Shown here one piece after another: positions 55,675 to 64,000 of a stretch of 64,000 nt of DNA. The translations under genes were made by a program, and so were the position numbers. Under the pieces are notes generated by a model. The model was not told the origin of the DNA. It did not search any database and worked only from the letters and a program-made list of their open reading frames with translations. The stretch is from Candidatus Versatilivorator sp. (GTDB lineage: Bacteria; Acidobacteriota; Terriglobia; Versatilivoradales; Versatilivoraceae): positions 1,344,001 through 1,408,000 of the forward strand of contig OZ242296.1 in assembly GCA_965207735.1 (NCBI GenBank), read 5' to 3'. The stretch's first letter is position 1, and every line of letters begins with the position of its first letter.

Positions 55675-56613
55675 ATGAAGAAAGCGATCGATCTCGAGGA
55701 GGCCATCCAACACCTCGACCGGCAGGGATACGTGGTGCTCGAAGGAGTCCTGGACAGGAAGCGGCTGCAACGGATTCGAGGGGAAGTCGATCGGCTCTTC
55801 GAGCAGGAACGGCAGCGGCCCTTCGACCCGGGCGACGGCCCCGCGGGGCCCGACGATGCCGCCATCGAAGCCTTTATCTCGGAGGGCTACACCGCCTCGC
55901 CGGCCGAAGTGGCACGAATCATGAAGCGGGTCCGACACACCCGCGCTCTCAACCGGAACACCTCCTGGCCGGTGCCCCCCAACCAGGTCATGAAGCTGTT
56001 CTTTCATCTCCCGCTGCTCTTCGATCAGGATCGGTCTCAACGCATCATGAACCTGCCGGCCAAGTCGGATGGGGCCCTGCACCTGGTTGAAGAACCCCAT
56101 ATCTTGAAATTGGTCCGGGGGGTTCTGGGCGAGGACTGCGTCCTCTCCGACCTGAGCGCCACCAGCATCGGCGCCCATGCCACCGAGGGAGGCGCCTGGC
56201 ACGTGGATGTGCCCTTGGGGCAACTGTCGGAGCCCCTGCCCGATTTCCCCTTGACGGTGCAGAACGCCTGGATGCTGGACGATTTCACGGCCGAAAACGG
56301 CGCCACTCGGGTTGTGCCCCGGAGCCACAAGCTGAGGAAGAAGCCCGCCTGGTCTCCCGAGCAGGAGCAGGAAGAGGTGGTCCTGACCGCTCCCGCCGGG
56401 TCGGTGGCCGTCTGGCTGTCGAACACCTGGCACCGTTCGGGCCCCAATACCACCGACCGCCCCCGCCGGGCTTTGCTCGGCTACTATTCCCGATCCTGGG
56501 TCAAGCCCTTCAGCGACTACCGCACCTGCTTTTCCGAAGGGAAACTGGCGGGTCTCTCCCCTACCCTGCGATACCTGCTGGGCTTCTCCGCCAACGGGAT
56601 CGTGCGGGGATGA
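55675..56613 (+). CDS. Phytanoyl-CoA dioxygenase (PhyH) family Fe(II)/2OG oxygenase
   Basis: GYVV, WHVD, DDFTAENGAT..PRSH and WHRSGPN..R motifs. Confidence 0.9.
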   Translation: MKKAIDLEEAIQHLDRQGYVVLEGVLDRKRLQRIRGEVDRLFEQERQRPFDPGDGPAGPDDAAIEAFISEGYTASPAEVARIMKRVRHTRALNRNTSWPVPPNQVMKLFFHLPLLFDQDRSQRIMNLPAKSDGALHLVEEPHILKLVRGVLGEDCVLSDLSATSIGAHATEGGAWHVDVPLGQLSEPLPDFPLTVQNAWMLDDFTAENGATRVVPRSHKLRKKPAWSPEQEQEEVVLTAPAGSVAVWLSNTWHRSGPNTTDRPRRALLGYYSRSWVKPFSDYRTCFSEGKLAGLSPTLRYLLGFSANGIVRG

Positions 56614-56633
56614 CCGGGTCGAGCCCGCGTTCC

Positions 56634-57185
56634 TCAACTCCGGCTTTGGGCCGGCTCCATTGAGAAAACCCGGTCGTAGGATTCCAGGGCCACTCCACCG
56701 AGTCTCTCCGCCATACCCCGGAAGGCCTGCCTGCGAAGACTCCAGCGATCATCCCGCGGCACCTGCTCCAGCCAATCGCACAGATGGATTCGACACAGGT
56801 CGTCAAAGTCCTCCTTGGAGAGTTCGATCTCCTGCTGCTGGAAACGATCCTTCACAATGTAGGGCGCCTGTCCCCGCTTGACGCTCTCGTCCAGGGAATC
56901 CCGCAACAGGCAACAGTTGAGATAGGCGAGTCTCTCCGCCCGCTCTCCAATGAGGTCCCGCACCTCGCCCCGGCGTTCCAGCGGCAAGGTGAACCCCTGG
57001 AACAGCTCGGTGCCGTAGATCGAATGAAACATGCCGACATCGCACAGTTCCTGGCTGCAACCCCAGGACTTCAGGTCGCGGTAGACCCCGCAGGCATGGG
57101 CCAGGTAGGTGTTTGCGGAATGGCCGATATCCGCGGCTCCCAGTTCCTTGAAAAAGTCGGCAAACCTCCGCATCCTCTCACTCAT
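56634..57185 (-). CDS. DUF6817-like protein
   Basis: HS..YLAH..GV, GMFHSIYGT, IGERAERLAY and DWLEQ motifs. Confidence 0.75.
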   Translation of the reverse strand: MSERMRRFADFFKELGAADIGHSANTYLAHACGVYRDLKSWGCSQELCDVGMFHSIYGTELFQGFTLPLERRGEVRDLIGERAERLAYLNCCLLRDSLDESVKRGQAPYIVKDRFQQQEIELSKEDFDDLCRIHLCDWLEQVPRDDRWSLRRQAFRGMAERLGGVALESYDRVFSMEPAQSRS

Positions 57186-57269
57186 GGAAACCCTCCTCGG
57201 ATCGTTGGGATAAAGCGCGCCACCAAGATTGGAACCAGCTTACTTTACACCAGAGTGACCGTCCCGCCT

Positions 57270-57578
57270 TAGGTCCTGTCTGAAACCAACGAAAAAAAGA
57301 GTGATCCACCAAGGGCCACCAGGCGGGACGACTCTACCGCATCGGCAGGGCAACCCGGCGCGCCCCCCCTTCAGGGACACGGGTGAGGGAGGAGCTCCCC
57401 CGGGAGCGCGGGCGTCCCGCCCGCCCCAGTCCGGGCGCAGCCCGGCTCCACTCCCGCGCCCCGATCGAGCGGAAACGCCGCATCAATTCTCCTTCCACCC
57501 GGCCGGCCTCGCAAGAATCTCGCTGGCGCGCTCCGCTGGCTGCGCACCGGGTGGCGGGAAACCGGTTCAAAGTCAAGC
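57270..57578. repeat. Composite repeat: linker end with module-A-type arm, REP-like module E, and the segment that precedes module B elsewhere
   Basis: GTCTGAAACCAACGAAAAAAAGAGTGATCCACCAAGGGCC; GGGAGCGCGGGCGTCCCGCCCGC; GGAAACCGGTTCAAAGTCAAGCA (compare 2645-2667 and 52298-52320). Confidence 0.8.
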
Positions 57579-57630
57579 AACGACACTACGTTCTTGAAAT
57601 AGGACGCGCCCACAAAGTAGCATCGGTCCC

Positions 57631-58995
57631 ATGGCTGACGATCCACGCAATCCCTATCGACTGCACCCCGATTCCGTTCTGAAGCCTCCCAAACGCTTTT
57701 TTTCCATTCTCAGCCACATCGGTCCCGGACTGATCCTGACCAGCACTATCGTGGGATCGGGCGAACTGATCGCAACCACCGTTCTGGGGGCCGAGCAGGG
57801 GTATACGCTGCTCTGGCTGATCCTGGTGAGCTGCATCGTCAAGATCGTGGTCCAGAATGAGTTGGGACGTTACGCCATTGGGACGGGCGAGACCACCCTG
57901 GAAGCCTTCGACAAGCTTCCCGGACCTCGATGGCGGGTTTCCTGGGTGGTTTGGCTGTGGTTCCTGGTCGTGCTGCTGGGACTCTTCTCCATCGGAGGCA
58001 TGCTGGGAGGCATCTCGGAGGTTCTCAACACCCTGCTTCCCGGAGTCTCCTTCAACGCCTGGTTGTTGATCCTCAATCTCTTCACGGTCGGATTGCTGGT
58101 CGTCGGCCGCTACTCGCTGATAGAGCGGGTGGCGATAGCCATGGTAGTGACTTTTACCGCACTGACCGTCGGCTGCGCCTATCTGCTTTCCCAAGACCCG
58201 CAATACTTCTCCTGGGCCAGAGTTCTGGACGGCCTCTCCTTTCACCCTCCGCGGGGCGGCCTGAGCACGGCGGTCACCGTCTTCGGCGCCACCGGAGTGG
58301 GAGCCATCGAATTGATCGCCTATCCCTACTGGTGCATCGAGAAGGGCTATGCACGGTTCACCGGTATTCGGGAAAGGACCGAAGCCTGGAGAACCAGGGC
58401 CGAGGGCTGGATCAAGGTGATGGGAACCGACGTCCTCAGCGCCTGCGTGATCTACACCTTTGCCACGATAGCCTTCTATTTCCTGGGAGCGGGTGTCCTT
58501 TCGGGAATGGGCCTGGTGCCCGAGGGTCTCGACATGGTCAGAACCCTATCCCACATGTTCACCCAGACCCTGGGAAACTGGTCCTTCTATCTTTTCCTGA
58601 TCGGCTCCATGGCTGTCCTCTATTCGACCGTCTTCTCCGGAATCGCCGCCCTGAGCCGCATGCTGGCCGACTTTGCAGGCATGCTCGGCCTCTACCCCAA
58701 AGACGACTATGCCGCCAGGCTAAGGGCCATTCGGCTCCTGGTGGTGGGACTGCCGTTGATTCCCACGCTGCTGTTCCTGTACCTCCAGGAGCCGGTTGTC
58801 ATGATCAAGGTCAGCGGAATCAGCCAGGCCCTGCTGCTGCCCGGAATCGGCTTTGCCATGCTCTACCTCGGCAAGACCTATCTGCCGCGCGAGATCGCAC
58901 CCAAGAACTGGATCACCGCGGCCCTCTGGGGAACCACCCTGATCATGGCCCTCCTGATGGGCTATTCGGTGGTCCTGGCCTTTCTCCGCTGGTAG
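57631..58995 (+). CDS. Nramp-like divalent metal/solute transporter
   Basis: GPGLIL..VGSGELI, TGETTLE and YPYWCIEKGY motifs; about 11 TM segments. Confidence 0.82.
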   Translation: MADDPRNPYRLHPDSVLKPPKRFFSILSHIGPGLILTSTIVGSGELIATTVLGAEQGYTLLWLILVSCIVKIVVQNELGRYAIGTGETTLEAFDKLPGPRWRVSWVVWLWFLVVLLGLFSIGGMLGGISEVLNTLLPGVSFNAWLLILNLFTVGLLVVGRYSLIERVAIAMVVTFTALTVGCAYLLSQDPQYFSWARVLDGLSFHPPRGGLSTAVTVFGATGVGAIELIAYPYWCIEKGYARFTGIRERTEAWRTRAEGWIKVMGTDVLSACVIYTFATIAFYFLGAGVLSGMGLVPEGLDMVRTLSHMFTQTLGNWSFYLFLIGSMAVLYSTVFSGIAALSRMLADFAGMLGLYPKDDYAARLRAIRLLVVGLPLIPTLLFLYLQEPVVMIKVSGISQALLLPGIGFAMLYLGKTYLPREIAPKNWITAALWGTTLIMALLMGYSVVLAFLRW

Positions 58996-58996
58996 C

Positions 58997-59116
58997 GGCC
59001 TGTCTGAGAGCATTCACCCGCATTTCTCACGGGGACAGGACTCGCGAGCCAAGGCAAGTTCGTCTGAACTCTCCTTCAGCCCGAGCCGATCGCTGGGCAT
59101 CATTCCTGACAGGCTC
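58997..59116. mobile_element. Possible degenerate MITE (IS5/IS1182-like ends)
   Basis: GCCTGTCTGAG ... TCCTGACAGGC short inverted termini starting right after a TAG; no ORF. Confidence 0.3.
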
Positions 59117-59245
59117 GAGGAAAGAATTGGCGCTCAGAGATGATCGATCTCCCGGGTGGAGGGGCCCCCGATTTCAGCGGAAGTGACGATTCATCGCCAC
59201 ATCTGGATTGCTCATTCCGATCGTGTATTATGGAACGCGAATATT

Positions 59246-59505
59246 ATGAGCAGGCATCCTAAATCCATTCCTGTTTTGAGAACGAAGCTGAGGAACAGGC
59301 TTTCTGGGAGGCCAGCGACGATTTCCTCGGTCCTCTCTTTCACACCTATTTCGAAAAATTGGGCCTGCCCAACTTGATGGCTAAGAAAAATTTCTACGAA
59401 CTGGCCGCGCACGTTCCCGAAGTTGAGATCGACCCCGAGATTTCTGAAAAGCTGGACGTCATCGCGCAAGTGGCACAGAGCGCGGAGGCCGCCCAGGAGA
59501 ATTAA
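59246..59505 (+). pseudogene. Frameshifted chimeric gene remnant (CopG/BrnA-like antitoxin N-terminus joined to an unrelated C-terminal fragment)
   Basis: Adding one T to GTTTTGAG gives MSRHPKSIPVFENEAEEQAFWEASDDFLGPLFHTYFEKLGLPNLMAKKNFYELA...; locally lower GC. Confidence 0.5.
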
Positions 59506-59516
59506 GGAGGCAAACC

Positions 59517-60440
59517 ATGAAGATCCTTGTTTCAGGTTCCGGCGGGCTGGTCGGCTCCGCTCTGTTGCCGGTGTTGAGATCGGCCGGGCACGAAGTCATC
59601 AGGCTGGTGCGACGCCCGTCGGCCTCGCTCGGGCCGGACGATGCTACGGTTCAATGGAACCCTGAAACCGGGGAACTGGACGGGAGTCGGCTAGAGGGGA
59701 TTGAGGCGGTGGTGCACCTGGCGGGCGAGAACATCGCCGCCCGGCGCTGGACACCCGCGCAGAAAGCCAGGATCCGCGACAGCCGTGTCCAGGGAACGGC
59801 CCTCCTGAGCGAGCGGCTGGCCAGCCTCGCCCTGCCTCCGGCCACGCTGGTGGCGGCCTCGGCCATCGGCTTTTACGGAGATCGCGGAGACAAACTGCTC
59901 CACGAAGACAGCTCTTCCGGCAACGACTTTCTGTCGGAGGTCTGCCGTCAATGGGAAGCGGCCTCTCTCCCCGCGGCGGAAAAAGGCGTCCGGGTCGTCC
60001 ATGTGCGGCTCGGCATCGTCCTGTCTCCCCGGGGCGGCGCCCTGGCCAAGATGTTGCTGCCCTTCAAGCTGGGGGCCGGGGGCAAGATCGGCAGCGGTCA
60101 ACAGCACATGAGCTGGATCGCTTTGGATGATGCGGTAGGGGCCCTTTGCCACGCTCTGACGGACTCGAACCTCAGCGGCCCCGTCAACGCGGTCGCCCCC
60201 AACTCCGCCACCAACCTGGAATTCACCAAGACCCTGGGAAAGGTGCTGTCCCGTCCGACCCTGTTCCCCATGCCTGGTTTTGCGGCTCGCATCGCCTTTG
60301 GAGAGATGGCCGAGGCCTTGCTGCTGGGCAGCACCCGGGTGGAACCCCGGCGGCTGGCCGATTCCGGCTACGCCTTCCAATACCCCACCCTGGAAGCCGC
60401 CCTGCGCCATCTCCTGAACAAGCCCGCTCGCGGCGGCTGA
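59517..60440 (+). CDS. TIGR01777-family NAD-dependent epimerase/oxidoreductase (YfcH-like)
   Basis: GSGGLVG, HLAGENI, SAIGFYG, WE, GGAL and GPVNAVAP motifs; AAGGAGG RBS. Confidence 0.92.
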   Translation: MKILVSGSGGLVGSALLPVLRSAGHEVIRLVRRPSASLGPDDATVQWNPETGELDGSRLEGIEAVVHLAGENIAARRWTPAQKARIRDSRVQGTALLSERLASLALPPATLVAASAIGFYGDRGDKLLHEDSSSGNDFLSEVCRQWEAASLPAAEKGVRVVHVRLGIVLSPRGGALAKMLLPFKLGAGGKIGSGQQHMSWIALDDAVGALCHALTDSNLSGPVNAVAPNSATNLEFTKTLGKVLSRPTLFPMPGFAARIAFGEMAEALLLGSTRVEPRRLADSGYAFQYPTLEAALRHLLNKPARGG

Positions 60441-60453
60441 GGCAAATCCAGCC

Positions 60454-61650
60454 TCAGGAATCCTGTCGTTTTTTCCATTCCCGGATCCCGTCGCAGAGCG
60501 CCTTCAGCGACCGGCTCAGCAGCTCGTGTTGCAGGGCGAAGGTCAATACCAGGTGGGCGGGGGCCATGTCGTAGAAGTAGCCGGGGTGCACCAGGACCCC
60601 CGCCTCCCGGAGGAGATCGATACAGAGGGCCTCCTCGTCGACCTCCGCCCCTCCCACCTTGAGAGTGAGATAGAACCCACCCCGCGGCGGGCTGAAGCAC
60701 ACGCCCGGACATTGGGAAAGCACCCCGCCACTGATGCGGCGGCAGCTCAGAAGCCAGGGCAGGCAGGCAGATGCAAAGGCTTCCCGGTTCTCCATTATGC
60801 CGCGGACCATGTGCTGGGCGAGGTCGTTGACCGGCAGGAAAGTATCCGAAATGAGCTCCATCACTTCCAGGGATCTTCGAACCCGGGCCGGCCTGCCGCT
60901 CAGCAATATCCAGCCCAGCTTCAGTCCGGGCAGACCCACCATCTTGGAAAATCCATTGAGGGTGAAAACCAGCGGCGCGGCGGTGGAGGCAGCCCGCGGC
61001 AGGGCTTCCAGGTCGTAGAGAAACTCGCTGAAGACTTCGTCGGCAAGGACCGGCAAGTCATGCCTGCAGGCGATGGCCGCCAGACCTTGGAGGGACTGGA
61101 CGCCCGCTACCATTCCGGTGGGATTGTGGGGTGAGATCACTACCAGGGCACGGGTTCGGGTACTGACCTGGGACTCCAGATGCTCGAGATCGATCTCCCA
61201 TCCCCGAGATTCCCGCAGCCGGTAATACCTCAACCGGAGTCCCGCCAACTCGGCAATCGACTCGAACAGAGGGTAGGACGGACGGGGGCAGAGGATCTCT
61301 TCTCCCGGACTGGCCAGCAGTTTGAAGCAGTAGAAGTAGGAAAGGCTGGTCCCGGGCGTGATGAGGACCTGCTCGGCCGAGGCTGGGATGCCGGCCGTCC
61401 GATAGTAGTCGGCAATGGCCTCGCGGGCGGATGGCAGTCCCAACGGATCGGGACGATAGATTTGTGCCCGTTGGGCCGCCTCCGCCAGGATGGCCTGCAG
61501 CCGCTCTTGAGGAAAGACCCACCCCTGTTGGGCCAGGTTGGTGGATATCAGATCAAGGACGGGTCTTCCGGAGGCGGCGGCTTTCTCATACTCCGTGTAG
61601 AGGCGATTGCGTTTTGCCGCCAAACGGTCGGCCAGCTTGGAGAACCGCAT
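60454..61650 (-). CDS. PLP-dependent aminotransferase class I/II
   Basis: PSYPLF, SPHNPTG, DEVF and GFSK..LPGLKLGW motifs. Confidence 0.92.
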   Translation of the reverse strand: MRFSKLADRLAAKRNRLYTEYEKAAASGRPVLDLISTNLAQQGWVFPQERLQAILAEAAQRAQIYRPDPLGLPSAREAIADYYRTAGIPASAEQVLITPGTSLSYFYCFKLLASPGEEILCPRPSYPLFESIAELAGLRLRYYRLRESRGWEIDLEHLESQVSTRTRALVVISPHNPTGMVAGVQSLQGLAAIACRHDLPVLADEVFSEFLYDLEALPRAASTAAPLVFTLNGFSKMVGLPGLKLGWILLSGRPARVRRSLEVMELISDTFLPVNDLAQHMVRGIMENREAFASACLPWLLSCRRISGGVLSQCPGVCFSPPRGGFYLTLKVGGAEVDEEALCIDLLREAGVLVHPGYFYDMAPAHLVLTFALQHELLSRSLKALCDGIREWKKRQDS

Positions 61651-61654
61651 GCCG

Positions 61655-62179
61655 TCACTGTGGGTTCAACTCCTTGAGCTTGGCAACCACGTCCTCGGCG
61701 GCCGTGGAAGCACTGACCTGACGATCCACGTAAAGGATCTTCCCGTCCTTTCCGATGTAGAAAGTCCATCGTTCCGGCAGGCTTCGGTTCTCGTGGACAA
61801 CGCCGTAAGCACGGGCGGTCGCTTTGCCCGGATCGCTCAATATGGGATAGTCCGCTTTCAGAGATTCGGCAAACCGGCGGTTGTCATCAGCGGTGTCACA
61901 GCTTGCGGTAAAGTAGGCAACGTTCAAGGCTCGCAAGGCTTGGCCATTCTCACGGAACGACCGGCACTCGGCCGTTCACCCACCGGTGAAGGCCTTGGGA
62001 TACCAGGCCAGCACCACCACCTGCTTGCCCTTGAACTGCTTCAGGCTGTAGGTCTTCCCGTCCGAACCCGGAAGCGAGAAATCGGGCGCCATGTCTCCGG
62101 GCTTCAGGTCGGCTGCCAGGGACTGGCCCCAGGCAAGCACCAACACGAATGCCAGCACCATGGAGATCTTCATCAACAT
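61655..62179 (-). CDS. Exported peroxiredoxin (BCP/AhpC-TSA type), probable selenoprotein (UGA at 61978-61976)
   Basis: ORFs 61976..62179 and 61655..61936 are in frame; readthrough gives YPKAFTGG-U-TAEC, the PxxxTxxC peroxidatic motif; conserved Arg in ERWTFYI; signal peptide. Confidence 0.88.
61942..61962 (-). promoter_or_regulatory. Candidate bacterial SECIS hairpin
   Basis: GGTCGTTC-CGTGA-GAATGGCC: 8-bp stem, loop 21 nt after the UGA, G at loop position 2. Confidence 0.7.
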
Positions 62180-62201
62180 TGGAGTCTCTCCTTTTCTTGA
62201 G

Positions 62202-62341
62202 TTGTTTTAGACAAGTCCCGCCCCCGCCCTGCCGTGCGGATCATTCGAGAGTGAAACAATCAGAAATCGACAATCCTTTCGCGAACTTGGTATCCCGTCA
62301 CGGTTAACCTCAGCGCCTTAGTGTCCCTTCGTCGTTCTTCG
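62202..62341 (-). repeat. Module A plus 58-bp linker (reverse orientation), interrupted by the group II intron
   Basis: Reverse complement matches the 24.3-25.4 kb unit from CGAAGAACGACGAAGGGACACTAAGGCG through the linker. Confidence 0.92.
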
Positions 62342-64000
62342 GTAGAGTCGAGGGGAGGCGCGCCGGCCTTAGATCGAGGGAGTCGCTGTTGCCGGCGGCT
62401 TTCGCCACTCGCCGGTGCCTCAATCTCGTTCCTCGCTGCGTTTCCTCGCCCCCGCTCGTCAAACCGGACGTGCGGTTTTCCCGCATCCGGCTTTCAGTCA
62501 AGATCATGCCTTCGCCCTCGGAAGGCTCTGTGGCTTCGACCCCAGGCAAGTGAGTCCATAGGTTTTCCATAGTCTCTCGTCCGAGAAGCGCACACTCCCC
62601 CCGGTCCTCACCTTGTGCTTCCGACAGAGCCACTGACGCAGCCGCCCGCCCGCGTGGCGGTCGATCGCTCGGTAGGCCGGGCTCACCTGCCCCAGAACGA
62701 AGTAGTTCGCCCACCCGGTCATCGCCCGGTTCAGGTGTTCTACCATCTGTCCTCGAAGCAGCGTCCCGTTCCTCGGCGCCGTCCACTCGCTGATCTTGCG
62801 GCAGATGCTCTGGACGCTCGCCTGGCTGGGTCGTGTGCCGATGTAGGCTCCTTTCCCTTTGGGGCGATAGTTGCGTCCGATGCGATATCCCAGAAACCCC
62901 ATCGGTTCCTCCGGACACCGCAAGCATCGGGTCTTCCGCTCGTTGACCGGTAGCTTCAGCTCCTCCATGATCCGCTTGACCGCCGTCAGCATCTCTGCCG
63001 CCGGTGCCCTGCCGAGTACACGGAAGTCATCCGCATAGTTGACGATCTCCGCACAGAAGCGCCGGGCATATCCCAGCACCTTCCAGCCCAAAACGAAGCG
63101 CCGCATGTAGAGATTGCTGAGCAACGGTGAGATCGGGGCTCCTTGCGGTGTCCCCTTCCGCTCCCGGCGCCCTCGGTTCCGGCGGCGTCTGCCACCCTTC
63201 CCGTCGTCCTCCTCCACCGGCATCTCCAGCCATGCCTTGATGAGCTTGAGCATCCTCCCGTCACTCACGCGCCGGGCAATGCTTCGAATCAGCTCCGCAT
63301 GCGGAATCTCGCCGAAGTAGTTGGACAGGTCGCCGTCAACCACCTCCTGGTAACCCCTTTGCAGGAGTTCATGCACGCGTTTGACCGCGTCGTTGGCACT
63401 CCGCCCCCGCCGATAGCCATATTGCTCCGGTTGCAGGTCCGCTTCGAAGATCGGCTCCAACACCAGCAAAGCCGCCGTCTGCGCTACCCGGTCCCGTATG
63501 CAGGGTATGCCCAAAGGCCGGAACTTGCCGGGCTGTTTCTTCGGGATCAGCACCTGCCGCACCGGCTTCGGTACGTAGGTTCCTTCCCTCAGGTCCCGCG
63601 CCAGTTCCCCCAGCCAGCCCTCCACCCCATACGCCTCGATGTCCTTGAAGCCCTCCCCGTCCACCCCGGCCGACCCGCCGTTTCGGCGTACCTGTGCCCA
63701 GGCTTCCTTCAGAAAGTCCTCTCGCCACACCTTGTCCGACAGCGCATGAAACCGCCGCTTGGGGTCCTCCTTCGCTTTCGCATGTAGCATGGTCTGGAAT
63801 TTCCGAACCCCCTCTGACCCTGTTAGACTCTTGTCAGTGGCCACGCCTTGCCTCCTTTCCATGCTGCTCTCAACTCAGGGTCCCTTCCCTCCACCGGCGT
63901 TACCCGGCTTCTCCGGTACTACCGACCCATCCGCCACCCTGACGGCCCGGCCTGCCCCTCGCGGGGTCCCGGTTGATGTGTGCCGCATCTCCCCCAGGGC
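62342..64000 (-). mobile_element. Group II intron; the 5' part extends beyond the window
   Basis: Domain V GAAAGCCGGATGCGGGAAAACCGCACGTCCGGTTT (62495-62461), domain VI ending ...CTCGACTCTAC, DIII-like GTACCGGAGAAGCCGGGTAACGCCGGTGGAGGGAAGGG upstream of the ORF. Confidence 0.93.
62504..63862 (-). CDS. ltrA: Group II intron reverse transcriptase/maturase without endonuclease domain (start uncertain)
   Basis: GSAGVDG, RPLGIP..RDR, GTPQGAPISPLLSN, YADD, FLGY and domain X GWANYF. Confidence 0.93.
   Translation of the reverse strand: MERRQGVATDKSLTGSEGVRKFQTMLHAKAKEDPKRRFHALSDKVWREDFLKEAWAQVRRNGGSAGVDGEGFKDIEAYGVEGWLGELARDLREGTYVPKPVRQVLIPKKQPGKFRPLGIPCIRDRVAQTAALLVLEPIFEADLQPEQYGYRRGRSANDAVKRVHELLQRGYQEVVDGDLSNYFGEIPHAELIRSIARRVSDGRMLKLIKAWLEMPVEEDDGKGGRRRRNRGRRERKGTPQGAPISPLLSNLYMRRFVLGWKVLGYARRFCAEIVNYADDFRVLGRAPAAEMLTAVKRIMEELKLPVNERKTRCLRCPEEPMGFLGYRIGRNYRPKGKGAYIGTRPSQASVQSICRKISEWTAPRNGTLLRGQMVEHLNRAMTGWANYFVLGQVSPAYRAIDRHAGGRLRQWLCRKHKVRTGGSVRFSDERLWKTYGLTCLGSKPQSLPRAKA

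Noticed and set aside
62504-63862. Retron, DGR or defence-type reverse transcriptase
   Set aside because: Domain X and the flanking DV/DVI RNA structures identify a group II intron; I saw no template/variable repeat pair, and variation among repeat units is not adenine-specific.

Overview
GC-rich bacterial chromosomal window, most likely Acidobacteriota (RpoB with a Cys-rich N-terminal insert, PQQ-dehydrogenase/cytochrome pair, DUF1592/DUF1552 pair; inference). The core is a minus-strand transcription/translation cluster: PIN-TRAM, ispD, gltX, rlmB, tRNA-Thr/Tyr/Gly/Thr, tuf, rpmG, tRNA-Trp, secE, nusG, rplKAJL, rpoBC. It converges on an EF-G paralogue. Also present are msbA-yicC-gmk-rpoZ-coaBC-udg, hppA, tRNA-Cys and many metabolic and transport genes. 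Main points beyond the ORF track: (1) Most large intergenic gaps are built from one modular non-coding repeat system. A 58-bp linker (TTGTTTCA...TGAAACAA) with a covarying central hairpin joins interchangeable palindromic or 10-bp-periodic cassettes and forms a 1.8-kb array at 24.3-26.1 kb. (2) A group II intron at the right edge sits inside one of these cassettes, and five empty target copies lie in the window. (3) Two genes split by the ORF caller are probable selenoproteins (AhpD-like CxxU and an exported peroxiredoxin), each with a SECIS-like hairpin. (4) tuf shows an extreme G-ending codon bias that also appears to change conserved residues. (5) A sodium:solute symporter carries an inserted domain resembling phage-sheath/flagellin accessory domains. 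All family assignments come from motif recognition, not database searches.
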